A stretch of 64,000 nt of DNA from Ophelia neglecta (lineage: Eukaryota). How positions within the stretch are numbered: the stretch's first letter is position 1; every line of letters begins with the position of its first letter. The DNA is taken from assembly GCA_965285935.1 (NCBI GenBank), contig OZ260664.1:67518001-67582000 (forward strand), given 5' to 3'. The translations under genes were made by a program, and so were the position numbers. Positions 12,201-24,745 of the stretch are shown here, piece by piece. The notes beneath the pieces were generated by a model that saw only the letters and a list, made by a program, of their open reading frames with translations, did not search any database and had not been told where the DNA came from.

Positions 12201-15090
12201 TATTGGCAAGAAGAATCATCAAATAAAGACTTTGCTCTTGACAATTGGCTTCTAGGCGTCTATCTCTTGTACGGTCGTCAATCAAACGACTGAATTAAGT
12301 TCGTGATTTACAACATGTCTTTAAAGAAAATAAAAGCAAAACCTGAAATTTTGTATTCAAGAAAAGATTTTAAAAATCTGAAATCGCTGTTGACGATGGT
12401 CGATTGCCAAACCTACCTTGAGTTACTCTAACTAATCTGGTTTGAATTACTCAACTACAAAGCTCGATGTAACAATTACCAGGAAAAGAAATTAATTAAT
12501 ATCAGATAATTCCCTTGAAATGAATGATTAGTCGCGTTAAAACCATTAAGCTAACCTCTGGGAGATAATCTCCAGACAACGATGCCATAATCAACCTCTA
12601 TATTAACTAAATAAGTCATGAGAACCTTCTTGATGTGGATGAACAAACTACCTGAACGATTTGAATGACATTAATTTGTGTATTAAACTGGCTACCATTG
12701 TGATTTGATTTTAATGTAAAAGATTCGAACAAAAGAATATGGGTGGAGTATACAAGATTTTAGGTAATGCATTTAGATTCAATATATACATAATGTAAAC
12801 GGCGGCATGCGTACATTCAATTGATAATATATTGACTACGTGGATTGTGATGGGTCTTGCGTTTGAGGACAGGAACTTTACCTGTACTGAATGGTCATTC
12901 GATAAGAAACAAAGAGTTTCTTTTCGTAAACAACTGGCTCTAGCCCCTGTTATTCACAGAGGAAGAAAAGGCGAAAAGTTAAGATAACCTGCCAATCTAT
13001 TTGATTGCTTTCTATAAAAAAAAAGTTACAGATTTCTCCATTAGGTCAATATTTTCCTAGTGTTTAACTCGTTGGCTACTTTGTAATGTGCCAAATCTAG
13101 CTTATAGTCAACAAATATAAGGCCAATACAAACCTACTTACTGTATTTTTATTTACAAAATACAGCTAGCACAAGACCAAAACAAACAATCAGTAGACAT
13201 TCCTGGAAGAAAGACTACTTTGATCAAGGGTATATATATAGTGGTCAAAAAGAACCAAGGATATTTTACTTTGTTGCAAATGTTCCGTCCGCCATTAAAC
13301 AAGCCTCTATCTGATGAATCTTTAGAAGTAAGGCTCGGGGTTTAGCCATGTATTGTTATCATCTAAAAAAAACTATGCTTTCCAGCCCAGCTCTGCCGGT
13401 CTGGATCGTGATCACTTGCATAATATGCAAGCGAAATAACTGTTGGTAGACCCATCCACCTGGATATCGCAGGCTAACAGGCAAAACAACATTAGAAACT
13501 TTATTTTGATGAATTGAAAAACAAATCTTGAGCCAACCCAGCAAGCCTTGTAGGTATTTTTTAAAATTAATGATAAGTATTTTTCATCTAGTACTATGTG
13601 TTATATATTTGGCCAATATAAATGCATAGGCTATGGGCGAGCAGTGGAACTTTAACAAAGGAACACCTATACACTTACAGAACCTTAGTAACATTAAGTG
13701 GTCTTACTTTTATGGAGAGTCGGGTGCTACAGTCATAAATCTGACAATTAAATGTTATATATTCAAACATAAATCTTCAGCTGGCAGGCGGAGGTCATCT
13801 CATTTCAATGTGAATTGATTGCCACTCGTCTTAATGGTCACTGGATCTAGATTCGTCGCAATATATTAACGCAAATAAGGCCATATACTGCTAAACTCAA
13901 GGCAGTGATTAAACGATGACCGTATTTAACTCAAATATGTAGTTTCCTGGCAGCCAATGTTATGTATCATCTAGTTCCTAGCCGGACAGATATATCTTAG
14001 CCTTTTACGCATCCAATATATATTATAGGCCCACCTTTCTTTACTCTAGACAGTATAACATGTCTTACTTACATTGCAGTGTATGCCTATTTGTAAACCG
14101 CATGCTCATGCATAACACGTACTCGTATGGCCGTGTACTGAAAAAAGATATATAAGAAAACACCCTGTCGTTTCTACAGCGACTACCAGACAAACTGGTG
14201 CTCTGTTCCATTCCCCAGATCTCAAGTTCTTTATAAAGGATTGGCATAATAACTTTTCCAATAAAATTCTGATTCTAAAACCAATTCATCTTTTGAGGGC
14301 ATGAACGCATACCATTGTCTCCCCCGTTGCCTTTCATTCTGTCATGGAGTCATGTATTGGAAAAGCTGTCCATATTTTTATTTTAGCCAGATCGAGGAGA
14401 AATGGTTGTTAACTCTATAGATTGAAGAAGGATGACGTCACTTATCACGTGATATTGTTAGTTACTGCTCCCGCTGGAGACAAACAATCATTGCCGCCAT
14501 GTTGGGTACATGTTAAAGTACACGGTCGTAATATCAGCTCCGATGATTTTGTGTTTTAGTCCAGTATTTATGCGTGATTCTGACTGATTTCTACATTTGT
14601 GGAAACCGAAAGCTCTGATTAAGGTGATTATAGCATTTGTGCAGTGTTTTCCGCCCTTCTGCAACCACCAAAGCCAGCGAGAGATCTGCCGATTTATTCG
14701 GTTTCCTACCTGTGAGGACAAGCTGCGAGACATTATTTAATATTAAAAGCTTAATACATGTAAGTCTATGAGAAAATAGGTTTTATGAAATTGCAATTGG
14801 GTAGGCAATTTAGATTTAGTGCATCCTCCTCATGTCACATTTGCATGACTACGCTTGTGCAATTAATTACAAGAACCCTGGTCAGAAATTCACACATTAC
14901 CATTGTGACATTGCAATTCATTAATACACTTACATAAACAATATGACACCCAATTTTCTGAAATAATAAGGCCCCAATAATATTACTTATACATAACATG
15001 ACTTGTAAAGTCCTTATACACCACTAGTACTGGTCCCAATAAAAAATAAGCCGTTTAGCGAACAGGCGTAAATATGGGGGATTTAAGATC

Positions 15091-15355
15091 TTACGCACAC
15101 GGTACGACAAACTCGCCGTTCTTTCCTACGAAGCTGGCACGCGAACCATCATAGGTAAATCTTTCTAATCGCTTAGACTTGTACGAATTTTCCCTTTTCT
15201 TAATCAGTTTTTCTTCGCCGGCAAAGAACGCCGCTATACACGAAACGCTTATCACCGCCATCTTGAAAAAACTGTGTATACCCACAGAAGCCCGTCGTCA
15301 GGTCGTTGCCACGCTCTGACGCGCAGCTGACGTCAGAGCTTCTTCGATCTAATAG
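15091..15355 (-). mobile_element. Truncated 5' fragment of a DNA-transposon accessory ORF (resembles the N-terminus of SWIM-finger/YqaJ proteins of ISL2EU/Harbinger-like elements)
   Basis: ATG at 15261 in caagATGgcg context gives MAVISVSCIAAFFAGEEKLIKKRENSYKSKRLERFTYDG, resembling a remembered motif 'I..FF..E.K.I.RGEN.Y.S..(L/V)E.F.Y'. Upstream 9-bp hairpin gctctgacg/cgtcagagc (~15314-15340). Family assignment is from memory, not a search. Confidence 0.45.
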
Positions 15356-16275
15356 ATCAGTCGACAGTAGTTGTTTTTCCCGTGGCTGTCATCGGGAACG
15401 AGATTCCTAACCAAGCTGGGCAGGTTTCGCCAGAGGCAGACGCTTTATGGTAAATATTGTCAATTACCCAACTTGTGTTAATCATTATAAATAGAACGAA
15501 ATATTTCTGTGAAAAGTGTCCCCGTAATAAATTGAAAACACGGGAACGCGTGCAAATTAAACAATATAATTGACCCTTTTCCTCCTTGGGTTCATAAATG
15601 TAGTATCTCATTGCTACTCGAATGGTTAGCTAGGAGACAAAGGGTTAAGTAATATAATTATGTATAACTAATACTTCTTTGACCATGCCCCAAACCAATT
15701 TTTAAAGGGGGATGTCACACTTATATTTATATTAATATACGAGGAAATTTATTATGTCAGATGAGAAATAATTCTAATAGTTTCCTATACAGTTGTAAAG
15801 TTTGTGAAGTAAAGTACAATTTATAATTATTTATTGCCGTGGGTATTTAATTATGTGCAAAATCGTACGTCATCCCCCAGTTAATGGATTGGTTCTGTTT
15901 CAGTGTGAGTCTCGGCATAACAATATTATATAATCCTGCTTTATGTCCTTCGGCTGCCGCCGATTTCCTTTTTAGGCCAAACATGAACTTTTCTGCTAAT
16001 TAAGGCTTTGATTCTTTGTCTTGCGGCGAAACTTCATGAGATATTTATTGCACCATTGACTAGGCATTATATAGACTAACACTTTGTCTTTTGCTAATCT
16101 TTGAACTATACTATAGTCCGCAGGCATAGAACTACAAAGGATAGTCCTGTTCATGCATGGTATAGAGACTAGCACTCCAGCATATGTATTGTTCATTGCT
16201 AATGGTGTTGATTCCTATAACTATTTAGTATACGTTTCTATTGTTACAAGTCAAGATTCTTTTGGGGAAGATGGA

Positions 16276-16349
16276 AGACAACTGTCTACTACAACATTAT
16301 CGATAATGTTCTAGAAGATTATTGATAATGTTGTAGTAGACGGTTGTCT
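16276..16349. repeat. 74-bp near-perfect palindrome with a nested 18-bp perfect palindrome
   Basis: 37-bp arms centred on TTCT|AGAA with 3 mismatched pairs. The left arm contains AACATTATCGATAATGTT. Confidence 0.92.
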
Positions 16350-16374
16350 AGTCACTGTCTGGCTTGACCGTCAG

Positions 16375-16435
16375 GCACAATCTGTGACTGCCTGACTGCA
16401 TAGTCTTGCACAATCTGTGACTGCCTGACTGCATA
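16375..16435. repeat. Direct duplication, 28-bp identical copies (period 33)
   Basis: gcacaatctgtgactgcctgactgcata at 16375-16402 and 16408-16435. Confidence 0.92.
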
Positions 16436-19400
16436 CCTGTGAATATGTATAGCTCAATTCCTCCACCGTGAGTTGACTTAATTCTAATGAAGTTTCTTCG
16501 TCAAACAAATTGTTTTCAATGTTGCTACAAAATTGGCTAAACACTAAATCTGAGAGATCAGTATCCTTCATATTGCTGTTATAAATTTCAACTGTATAGC
16601 CTATGGATATTGGGCCATGAGGCAAACCAAGTGAGGGCTAGCTAACCTAGTACATGCAGGTACATGTAAATCTATCAGGTGATTTGTGTTGATTAAATTC
16701 ATGGCCAGGGCCCCCCCTGTTTGAAGCAGGACCATATCAAGCATACCTAGCCTTACTTGTGGACACAGGTTCACTGCATAATTAATTTTGTACATCAAAT
16801 CCCTAGGCCTGTATATCAGTCCATTTATTGCCAGACGAGTGTTGATTCCTATAACTATATAGCGGATACTCATCTAGGGGGAGTGGTGTTTAAAAACACT
16901 CCTCGTGGAATAGTGTCATTGGCTTCTTATTCAGACAGTATCTTCAACTTACTGCGCTCAGCTTTGACTATACCTGCAGTTGTTGAAATCTATAATTTCT
17001 GAATGAATGATCATTAAGCCGTGTATATTGTATATACACATTATAACATCATTGTCTTCTCAAAAGATGGACTACCGGTAGTATTATTTCGTTTTTCCCG
17101 CCTAAGAAGAGAAGGTTGATTCATAACTAAAATAATACCCCATACTTCTAACAATTTTGATCATCTGATGTTCTCTAGGCCGACGTTTTTATCTCATGGA
17201 AAATCACAGACCGAAAAATTTAATCCTCAGGCAGCACAGATTGTCGATGTGTCTATTCAACTTTCTAATAAAATATTTAAGGTTTTATCTTTGTCGGTGA
17301 CAATTTGATTGAATTCATGAACTACAGACAAGCCCATAGCCAGCACCTGCCTCCGGTATTAATTTCAATTTTCAAGTCGGGTTTTCTATAAAAAGTGTGT
17401 CACATTATATTGCTGTCCGAGACTGACATGTGTTTTCTGATAATTGAACAATAATAGAAGTGCGTAAAACAGGAAGGCATCGAGTTTCATGCTACTATGT
17501 TGAGAATAATTATATTTCAATGCCATTGAAATGTTATCATTGGACACATGGTGGCGTCTTCAATGACATGCGATTTTATTCTGAAGATAATTCAATAAAT
17601 ATCAAGCTTGTTATGGCGGTAACATTGCTTGTAATTTCATTTGCAGGCTGAAAGTGCGATTTGACAAACTACTGTCGCCAAATTCCGGTAAACAATAACA
17701 GGAAATTATAACAGCTGGTAGGGACGGCGTAAGAATATTGTTATGATAGGATAACATTCGATTTAAAAAGTTTAGGACTGAGCTTCAACTAATAAGGCTT
17801 GGAACAAAATAGGCCTGGTACTATCTCAAAATAAAAGTTTCGAGTTATTCATGTTCAATTGCGCCCATCATTCTCTGTTCTAACCCCGCTCCTACATGTC
17901 TAATCCGATAACTTGTCCTGCTCGGGTCACCTTGCCAGACGTCCATATTGCCGTCCTCGTGTTCGTGGCTGTGGTTGTCATGAGTAACATAGCTACCTGT
18001 ATTTTCCATTCCGGGAACTGCTCGCGTATGCCTGCATTGATCGATGGTGCCATTTTAGTAGAGTAGTGTGCTTGATATATTAATAATCTAATATATAAAT
18101 ACATACAGAAAGACTTGCCTAGTGTATTCAACGGTATTGTTTGTAATCACATTATTTCCCATCTGCGAGTTTGTCATGAAGCAACGCATATATTTTTAAT
18201 ATGCCTTGCTCATCAAAAAATTGAACACCACGATCATAATTGTCTTATTGATTTATGGCAGTTACATGAACTGTTTAAATTAGTACTTAATGTTATGAAC
18301 GTACGTAATGCATTGTTGAGTGTCATTGCCTGTATTGGCCCTACACTAGTGAGTCAGGCCATATGAGGTAAGAGGGAATGCTGCATGTACATGGCATCTT
18401 GACCCAGACTTTCGAGGACTCAGCCTACAGAGAAATCAATAACTCATCGATCACAAAAACGACTTCAATTGGTTGGAACAATCTAATATGGTGCTTAGGG
18501 TTAATATCGTATATGTGAACTACCCTGAAGCCAATCTACTGCTAGATTGAGAGATTTCTCATTAAAAATATGGGCAGACGGCACTCAGGAAGCAGCCAAA
18601 CATGAAGATAAGTACTAAGACGGTCAGTGCAGCGGTTCCCAATGGGAATTTACTGCAGATGACCTATAGGCTATATATTTTCTTGCTATATGTCGTCTGC
18701 TCCATCTCCGTCCAGTGATAGACGTGGGCATGGCAGTTTTGTGTATATGTAGGCATGTGCAATGCCTCCCTCTAGATCCGCGTTAAAAGTGTTCCGTAAA
18801 CCGAAAATGGAGAAATACTTGAGGGAATAAAAAACACTTAACTATTTCTGTACAATATTCCAGTACTATTGTTCCCATTTCTGAATCTCCGAGGAAAGGC
18901 TTTCTAGTCTCACCTGCAGGTACAAAGACCGAATATTGGCACTTAAAAGACTCAAGCAAAATAAAAGAAAAACACAATTCATAAAGTCCGTGAAATGATC
19001 AAAATTATCATAACTAGCAGAACTAATGAACATTATTATTACCATTTACCAAATCTTATAATCCTGCAGAAACCTTTGTTTTGCCACATTTCTCATACGT
19101 GTAAGACGTAAAACATAGAAATACCTTTAAATAAAATGTTTAAGCTCATATTCCTAGCTAGCCTATAACATGCACATGTATTGTAACTTTCAACCTGAGT
19201 TTATTTACGATCGCGAATTCGAACGAATGAATGCTTTCCAGAAGTTTAACCTACCACAAGAAAGGTTATAAAATCGTGATTATTTATGGCACCGCCCTTG
19301 AATTGTCGGTATTTTCAAGGATGTGACACCTTTTTCCACTTTCATAAGGCGATGTATAGCCCATAGATCTTGCTCAATTGTTTCGTTATCAGGAATTGAA

Positions 19401-21904
19401 ACAAAGAGATTCATGCAGTTACAAAGCAGGCTGAATCTGTGTGAAGGGGGGGGGGGGGGGGGGGGCGTGGGGGAAGGGGGGGGGGGGGTTATTAGTTGTC
19501 CATCGCTACAGGATGGTTTCAATTGGCAGCAGTTTTTGTTGTTAAGATTTGAGAAGTCAAAATTTGGGAAGATCCCACTTCGCATTGATAAAATTAAGTA
19601 TTTTAAAGTTTCTGGTAGAAGAAAAAATAGGGTTTTGTTCAGGGTTAAATGCACCACAACGATGTAAGTACTAGTACAGCCGAGTGTGTGATGGGCATTG
19701 GGTCTGATATTTATAACAACTGCCTATTATTTTGTTCATAATTTAAAATCGGCTATTCAGCTCAAACATTATAAGGGTGGGTCCTTTATGCTGTCACATT
19801 GTCGATATAATCTAGGTCAGTGTTCTTTGGCCGGTTTTTGAATCGATATTCATTTCATCCAAGTCTTCCGGGAATCTAAGTGAGTTTTCTGCCATGCACT
19901 CTAATTCGTCGATTTGTGGCTATTAAAAGGCACCATTTCTGCTCTCTTAGATTTAAACGCGCTTTTGTTGAATGGATCCTTATCAACTTCGCTTTCGGCC
20001 GACTGACACTTTGTTTCGTTTGGTATAGTAACTACATGGTGATATCCGTGAGAAGATGACCTTAAACTTCTAAATGATATTCCCGCTGCGCCTTTTGGGC
20101 CTGCTTGGAAATCAGTCCTCTAATCTATCTCGCAATCACAATGAATAAAGATAAGGCATCAAACCATCTAATAACTACAGAAGTCACCAACAGAATTGCT
20201 TTTCCATCAACTGAAATAACATTGATACTTAATTATTGGAGTAAGGCGGCCAGAGAAGTAGAAGGGACATGTTCCACATCTGTCGATTGCAGCTGTCACC
20301 CTATCGGAGTGATCTCCTTCTCCCATCCAGGCCATTACAATTTCAATCAGTTGAGACTTAATTTGTTTTTATCTCAAAGCTCAATTTTCTTAGAGAATTT
20401 AGTTGTCACTAAGATACTTGAACCATGTCCTTTTGTGTTCCTAGATAACCATCTTTACGCTGGTGTCGGACGCACTAGCGTTCCGCATGCAAATTATGAA
20501 AGTACTTTTGCAATACTAAGTCTACATAATGTTTTCTTAATTTGCAGCACTCCCCTCTCTTTTATTAGAACAGTAGAAGCAAAACTAAAGGCAGAGAATT
20601 TTATACACATGTTTGATGAAAGTTAACCTGAATTGGCCCTTTATTACAGGTTTTAAACATTAAGCCTTGCATGGGCAAACTCATTGTCTATATAAGTTAA
20701 AATATGGACCCCGCTGTTCATTTTGCATTGAATTTCAGAATAAGGGTATACTGGCGAATTACAATATTGTTTTCTAACCTTTTATAGGTCAATCTAGATA
20801 AGTTTCGGTTTCTGTTTACTGCTTTTTTGTTGCTTTGCCATATCTTCAGTAACATTTCAACTCCCGCGTGATCGTGGTGGATCAGAAGATGACAATGTAC
20901 CTAATGACCTTGTCATTGTCCCTGTTGTAACATCATCTAACACCTCGGTTATCTGATAATAAATAAACAATTTCGGTGTTAAACTAAGCGGAAAAAGTAT
21001 TGTCGACTTTGACTGGCTGTCATGGTTACAGTGTGTTCAGTCTCGTGCTTTCCAGTGACCGGGCTGGACAGACAGATGGCCACTTGATTAAAGTCATTTA
21101 AATTTAACGGCAAACATGCCTGAGTTAATTCGTGAATATTGCTGACGGACCAAGGGAATTCCCTAGTTATGGCTGCCAATACACACTTCTTATTATTGTT
21201 CTGATTTTTTGTCATTATCGCTTAATAGCAGCTACACCAGCAGCTGTACCAGCTGACAATTTTACCAGATGCTCCAGGCCGGGCAAGTCAGGGAAGCAAT
21301 GTACGAAGGTATTTCGGTACACCCCTGTACGGCGATAAATAGGCCTAAGTTCGAGCCATACTGCCAAATAAGTGCATTGCGGTGTATAATTTATTTGGTT
21401 CTCTTAAGTTGCGAGACGGATTGGATGCCTTTTTTTAGTGAACAGTCTTACATTAAATGGTAATTTTGCTGTTCAGGTGCACGGTCATAAGCAACTACAT
21501 CAGGTTAATCCGGTAATAAGGAAACGAGTCTTAAGTGTTGTTTATTGTCGTATTTTATTAGTGCAGGTTCGCCCTACTCCATGGAGAGTATTGCTCATGC
21601 TTCAAACAAAGAGGGAGCCAAGGGAACTATGATAGGACAATGACCAATATTTAGGTCGCAGTTAGCCAGCGGCAAAAGCACGCGATGTAGTTGAACACTT
21701 ATCACTGTCAAGAGCCCGTCCTTCCCGGAAACTCCTGACTGGAGACTCCAAATCTGTGAGGTCGGTTTTGCTCAACTCATATGGTTTGACAACATATAGC
21801 GGTCTCTCCACTCTAGCTTCTCCAGATTTTATCTGAACGCTTTTATAAATATGCCAACTCTCTCTTGGACCACCGCTATAATGATATCCATGTTTTAACA
21901 TAGC

Positions 21905-22212
21905 CAACCACCGCCTACAATGTTTTACCACCGGATACAATTTTTCATCTACGGCCTTCAACCGTCTACCATTTTCACCATCCCCTACCACCATCTACCA
22001 TTTTTATCATCCGCTTTGCGCCGTCTACCTTTTTTTTACGAACGCCACCTTTTTTCACCATCGTCTACCACCGCCTATTATTTACCACTACCACCTACCA
22101 CCGCTTACCTTTCTTTTCCTTCCACAAACGCCTACCCCCGCCCATCATTTTAGTACCCCTACCCCCGCCTACCATTTCTTACGATCGTCTACTACCCGTC
22201 CGCCTACCATCA
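21905..22212. repeat. Degenerate C-rich minisatellite (cc(g/a)(t/c)ctacca units separated by T-tracts), possibly a MITE interior
   Basis: More than 10 variants of accgcctacca / ccgtctacca. Explains spurious ORFs 21920..22153 and 21662..21994. Confidence 0.75.
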
Positions 22213-23274
22213 CTTAACAATTTGGCTGTGGTCCAAGTGTTGGTTGGCCTAATAAATACATTCCTGGCTAAGATATTGCGGGTTGTTTCAGTTGGGTAAG
22301 CTAGCTATAAAGGGCTTGAATGTTAGTATGGGATCACCTGTCAAGAACACGAGAAGATAATTAATTTTTCAATAGTTAGAATACGACTGGCCTTGCGACC
22401 ATCCAAACATATTAAGTGCAGGGCGTCGGCAAGTACATTCTAGGAAATTTTGATGTCATTGTTAAAACTAAACCAGCCATCTCTCTTGAGAAATGATTAA
22501 GCTTTAGCAAGTATCTACTAGTGTACGAATAAATTTGTATAAAACTAATTGCCAACCAACTTAAATTTTGTGTTTACATTCTGAGTGCAAACAATCATAC
22601 ATTAAACTGACATGTAGACAGGTAACTTCCATCTCGAGTACTTTTATGTTGCGCCTTTCGGATCTAAGATATTTTCACTTCACGATTTAAACCTGTCAAA
22701 CATAACACCGGGGGCCGAAGACGCCTAAATACTGTCGTAAGCGGATACTTAAAAGTGGATGCTGGTAATCAAAGTAAGAGGTTTTGTCCGTTTCCATGCA
22801 GCTGTTTTCTCCCAAACCAGCCTTTGTCCGCCTCAGTCAGCCGCTTTCTATCATGCCCATACTCAGAATGGCTTATCACTATAGCCCGAGCTTCGGCGGA
22901 ATAATGATTGGAGCTAGACATGTATAAGAGGAAATACAATTTATCTTTCACCTTACCAGTAGAACAATCACATTTTACTTTATCTACCTTGACATGACAA
23001 AAGCATGACATCATATCAAGAATATGACAAAGATATGCCAAAGCGTTTTTATCGTCATTACTTATTAATCGCATTACGACGAAGGACCGGCCTTGACCTA
23101 CTTTTGACATACATATCCTTGAATGAGCTTTTATATAGTAATGCTAGCTTATTCATGCTCACTGGTGACTGCAAGAAGGCAGTCACTTAATTATAACTAA
23201 ATTAATCATGATTACATACTGTACTAACATATTAAGGATACATAAGCATACGTCTTACCCTGAGTGATAACTAC

Positions 23275-23430
23275 ACGCCACTCTGCCGTCTTTCACTCAA
23301 TTCGCCTAGCTGCCATGAATGCTCCAATCTCATGACAAGCGTCCTTAACCACCGATTGATACTTGACCTATTTCCCATGCAATTGAGGGATGGCAGGAAG
23401 GCAAACACTACAGACCAAGATAAGCCGATG
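23275..23430 (+). mobile_element. Highly decayed LINE reverse-transcriptase fragment (N-terminal RT motifs)
   Basis: Translations RLSLNS..., TSVLNHRL and QLRDGRKANTTDQ loosely echo the RT motifs YRPISL.S, (F)T.ILN.RL and Q.GFR.G.ST.DQI. Confidence 0.3.
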
Positions 23431-23959
23431 TAGCAGAAAACACTCTCCTCCAAACTATTATACAACTTAATATCAACAGATAAGCATAAATGGCAGGAAC
23501 AAGTTGGATTTGTTTTTACTTAAGGGATGTTATGTGTATTGCTTGGGATTTTGACACTGTTTCTCTTGCTTGATAATTGTTTCCGTCTACCCAATTTATA
23601 TATGGTCACCATCTCGTTGTTATGGAGAAAGTTCTAGAAAATGATGCAATTACTTAGGTATAGGCTTGTTGGATGCTAACCCCAAATGGTTTGTTGTTAG
23701 TCCAAGTGGAAGCAAGGAAAGGACCTGGGTACGTGTTTAACAATACTGTATCGGAAAGTTTACCTAAAATTCACTTCTTCACATCGATAATAGTCAACAA
23801 TGTTTATTATCAATTATTCAAATCTATTACACTTGCAACATATTCATGCAAGCAGACTGCCTCTCAATGGAGCATATATTTCATGGCAAGTCCTCTTATA
23901 GACTTTGTGTGAGTGTCTCTATTGATGAAAAAGGCGTAGTTGTTTTTCGATTACTGATG

Positions 23960-24745
23960 TAATTACTAGATTATACGGCCGTTGTCGACACAATTGACCA
24001 TGCATGGCACAGTACCAGACATTATGGAGCAGATCATTGAGATCAAGGTGGTTTAACTAGACTGGATTGCCTCGCATCTCACTGTCCGGATATAGAGAGC
24101 CAGAATTAATTACAGATATTCTACGAATTAAGTTGTGCGTTGTGCTGTTCCACAAGGCTCGGTGCTATCTCCTCTCATTTCTGGGGGAAATTATTCGTCG
24201 ACAATAAACTAAACAGCAAAACCAGTATATCCTGAAAACGACCGGCTCATTATCATCACAGTTGAGTCATGCTTTCGAGCAATCGGTCGACTGGATGAAT
24301 GCAAATAAGCTTTTTAGCTTAATGTTGACGTGTCGAAATTGTTGTGGGTAACAACAGGCCAATGTGATAATCCGCGTATTAACAAAGGCAGGAAAACCAG
24401 CCGCGGTAAAAATGTGCCGTTTGGAGTCAATGACATTGACTGTTTTGTTTGATCCTCGCATGGCAATGAGTTCACTGGTTTCCCAGGCTTTCTTATCCAC
24501 AAATTTCGTTGTGATGAACTCCTGACGCAATACCGCTATAAGGCTCAGCATTGACGCAGCAAACAAGTTCGTTGACTTCCTGTACGGTAACATCTTGGCT
24601 TGATTATTGAGTTTATTGTTGAATGGGGTTACTGGTGCTCTTGCTCAGAGTCTACAGCAGGTGCAGAATCATGCAGTATGCATAATAACTGAGACTACTA
24701 GAAAATTCCACATCACAACACAGATTAGTCCATTACATTGGCTGA
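23960..24745 (+). mobile_element. Decayed L2/CR1-group non-LTR retrotransposon ORF2 (RT and C-terminal region)
   Basis: Collinear degenerate motifs: LLDYTAVVDTIDH (LLDLSAAFDTIDH), LDWIASHL (L.WF.SYL), AVPQGSVLSPLI (GVPQGSVLGPLLF) at ~24144-24180, and SLLLNGV...LQQVQNHAVCIITETTRKFHIT...LHWL (LQRVQN.AAR.IT...HITP.L..LHWL). Interrupted by stops, frameshifts and deletions. Confidence 0.85.

Noticed and set aside
19280-19667. Poly-Pro/poly-Gly ORFs (also 48951-49217 and 61050-61283)
   Set aside because: Artefacts of G/C homopolymer runs.
20105-20626. 173-aa ORF
   Set aside because: TTG start, background AT composition, no recognisable motifs or convincing splice context.
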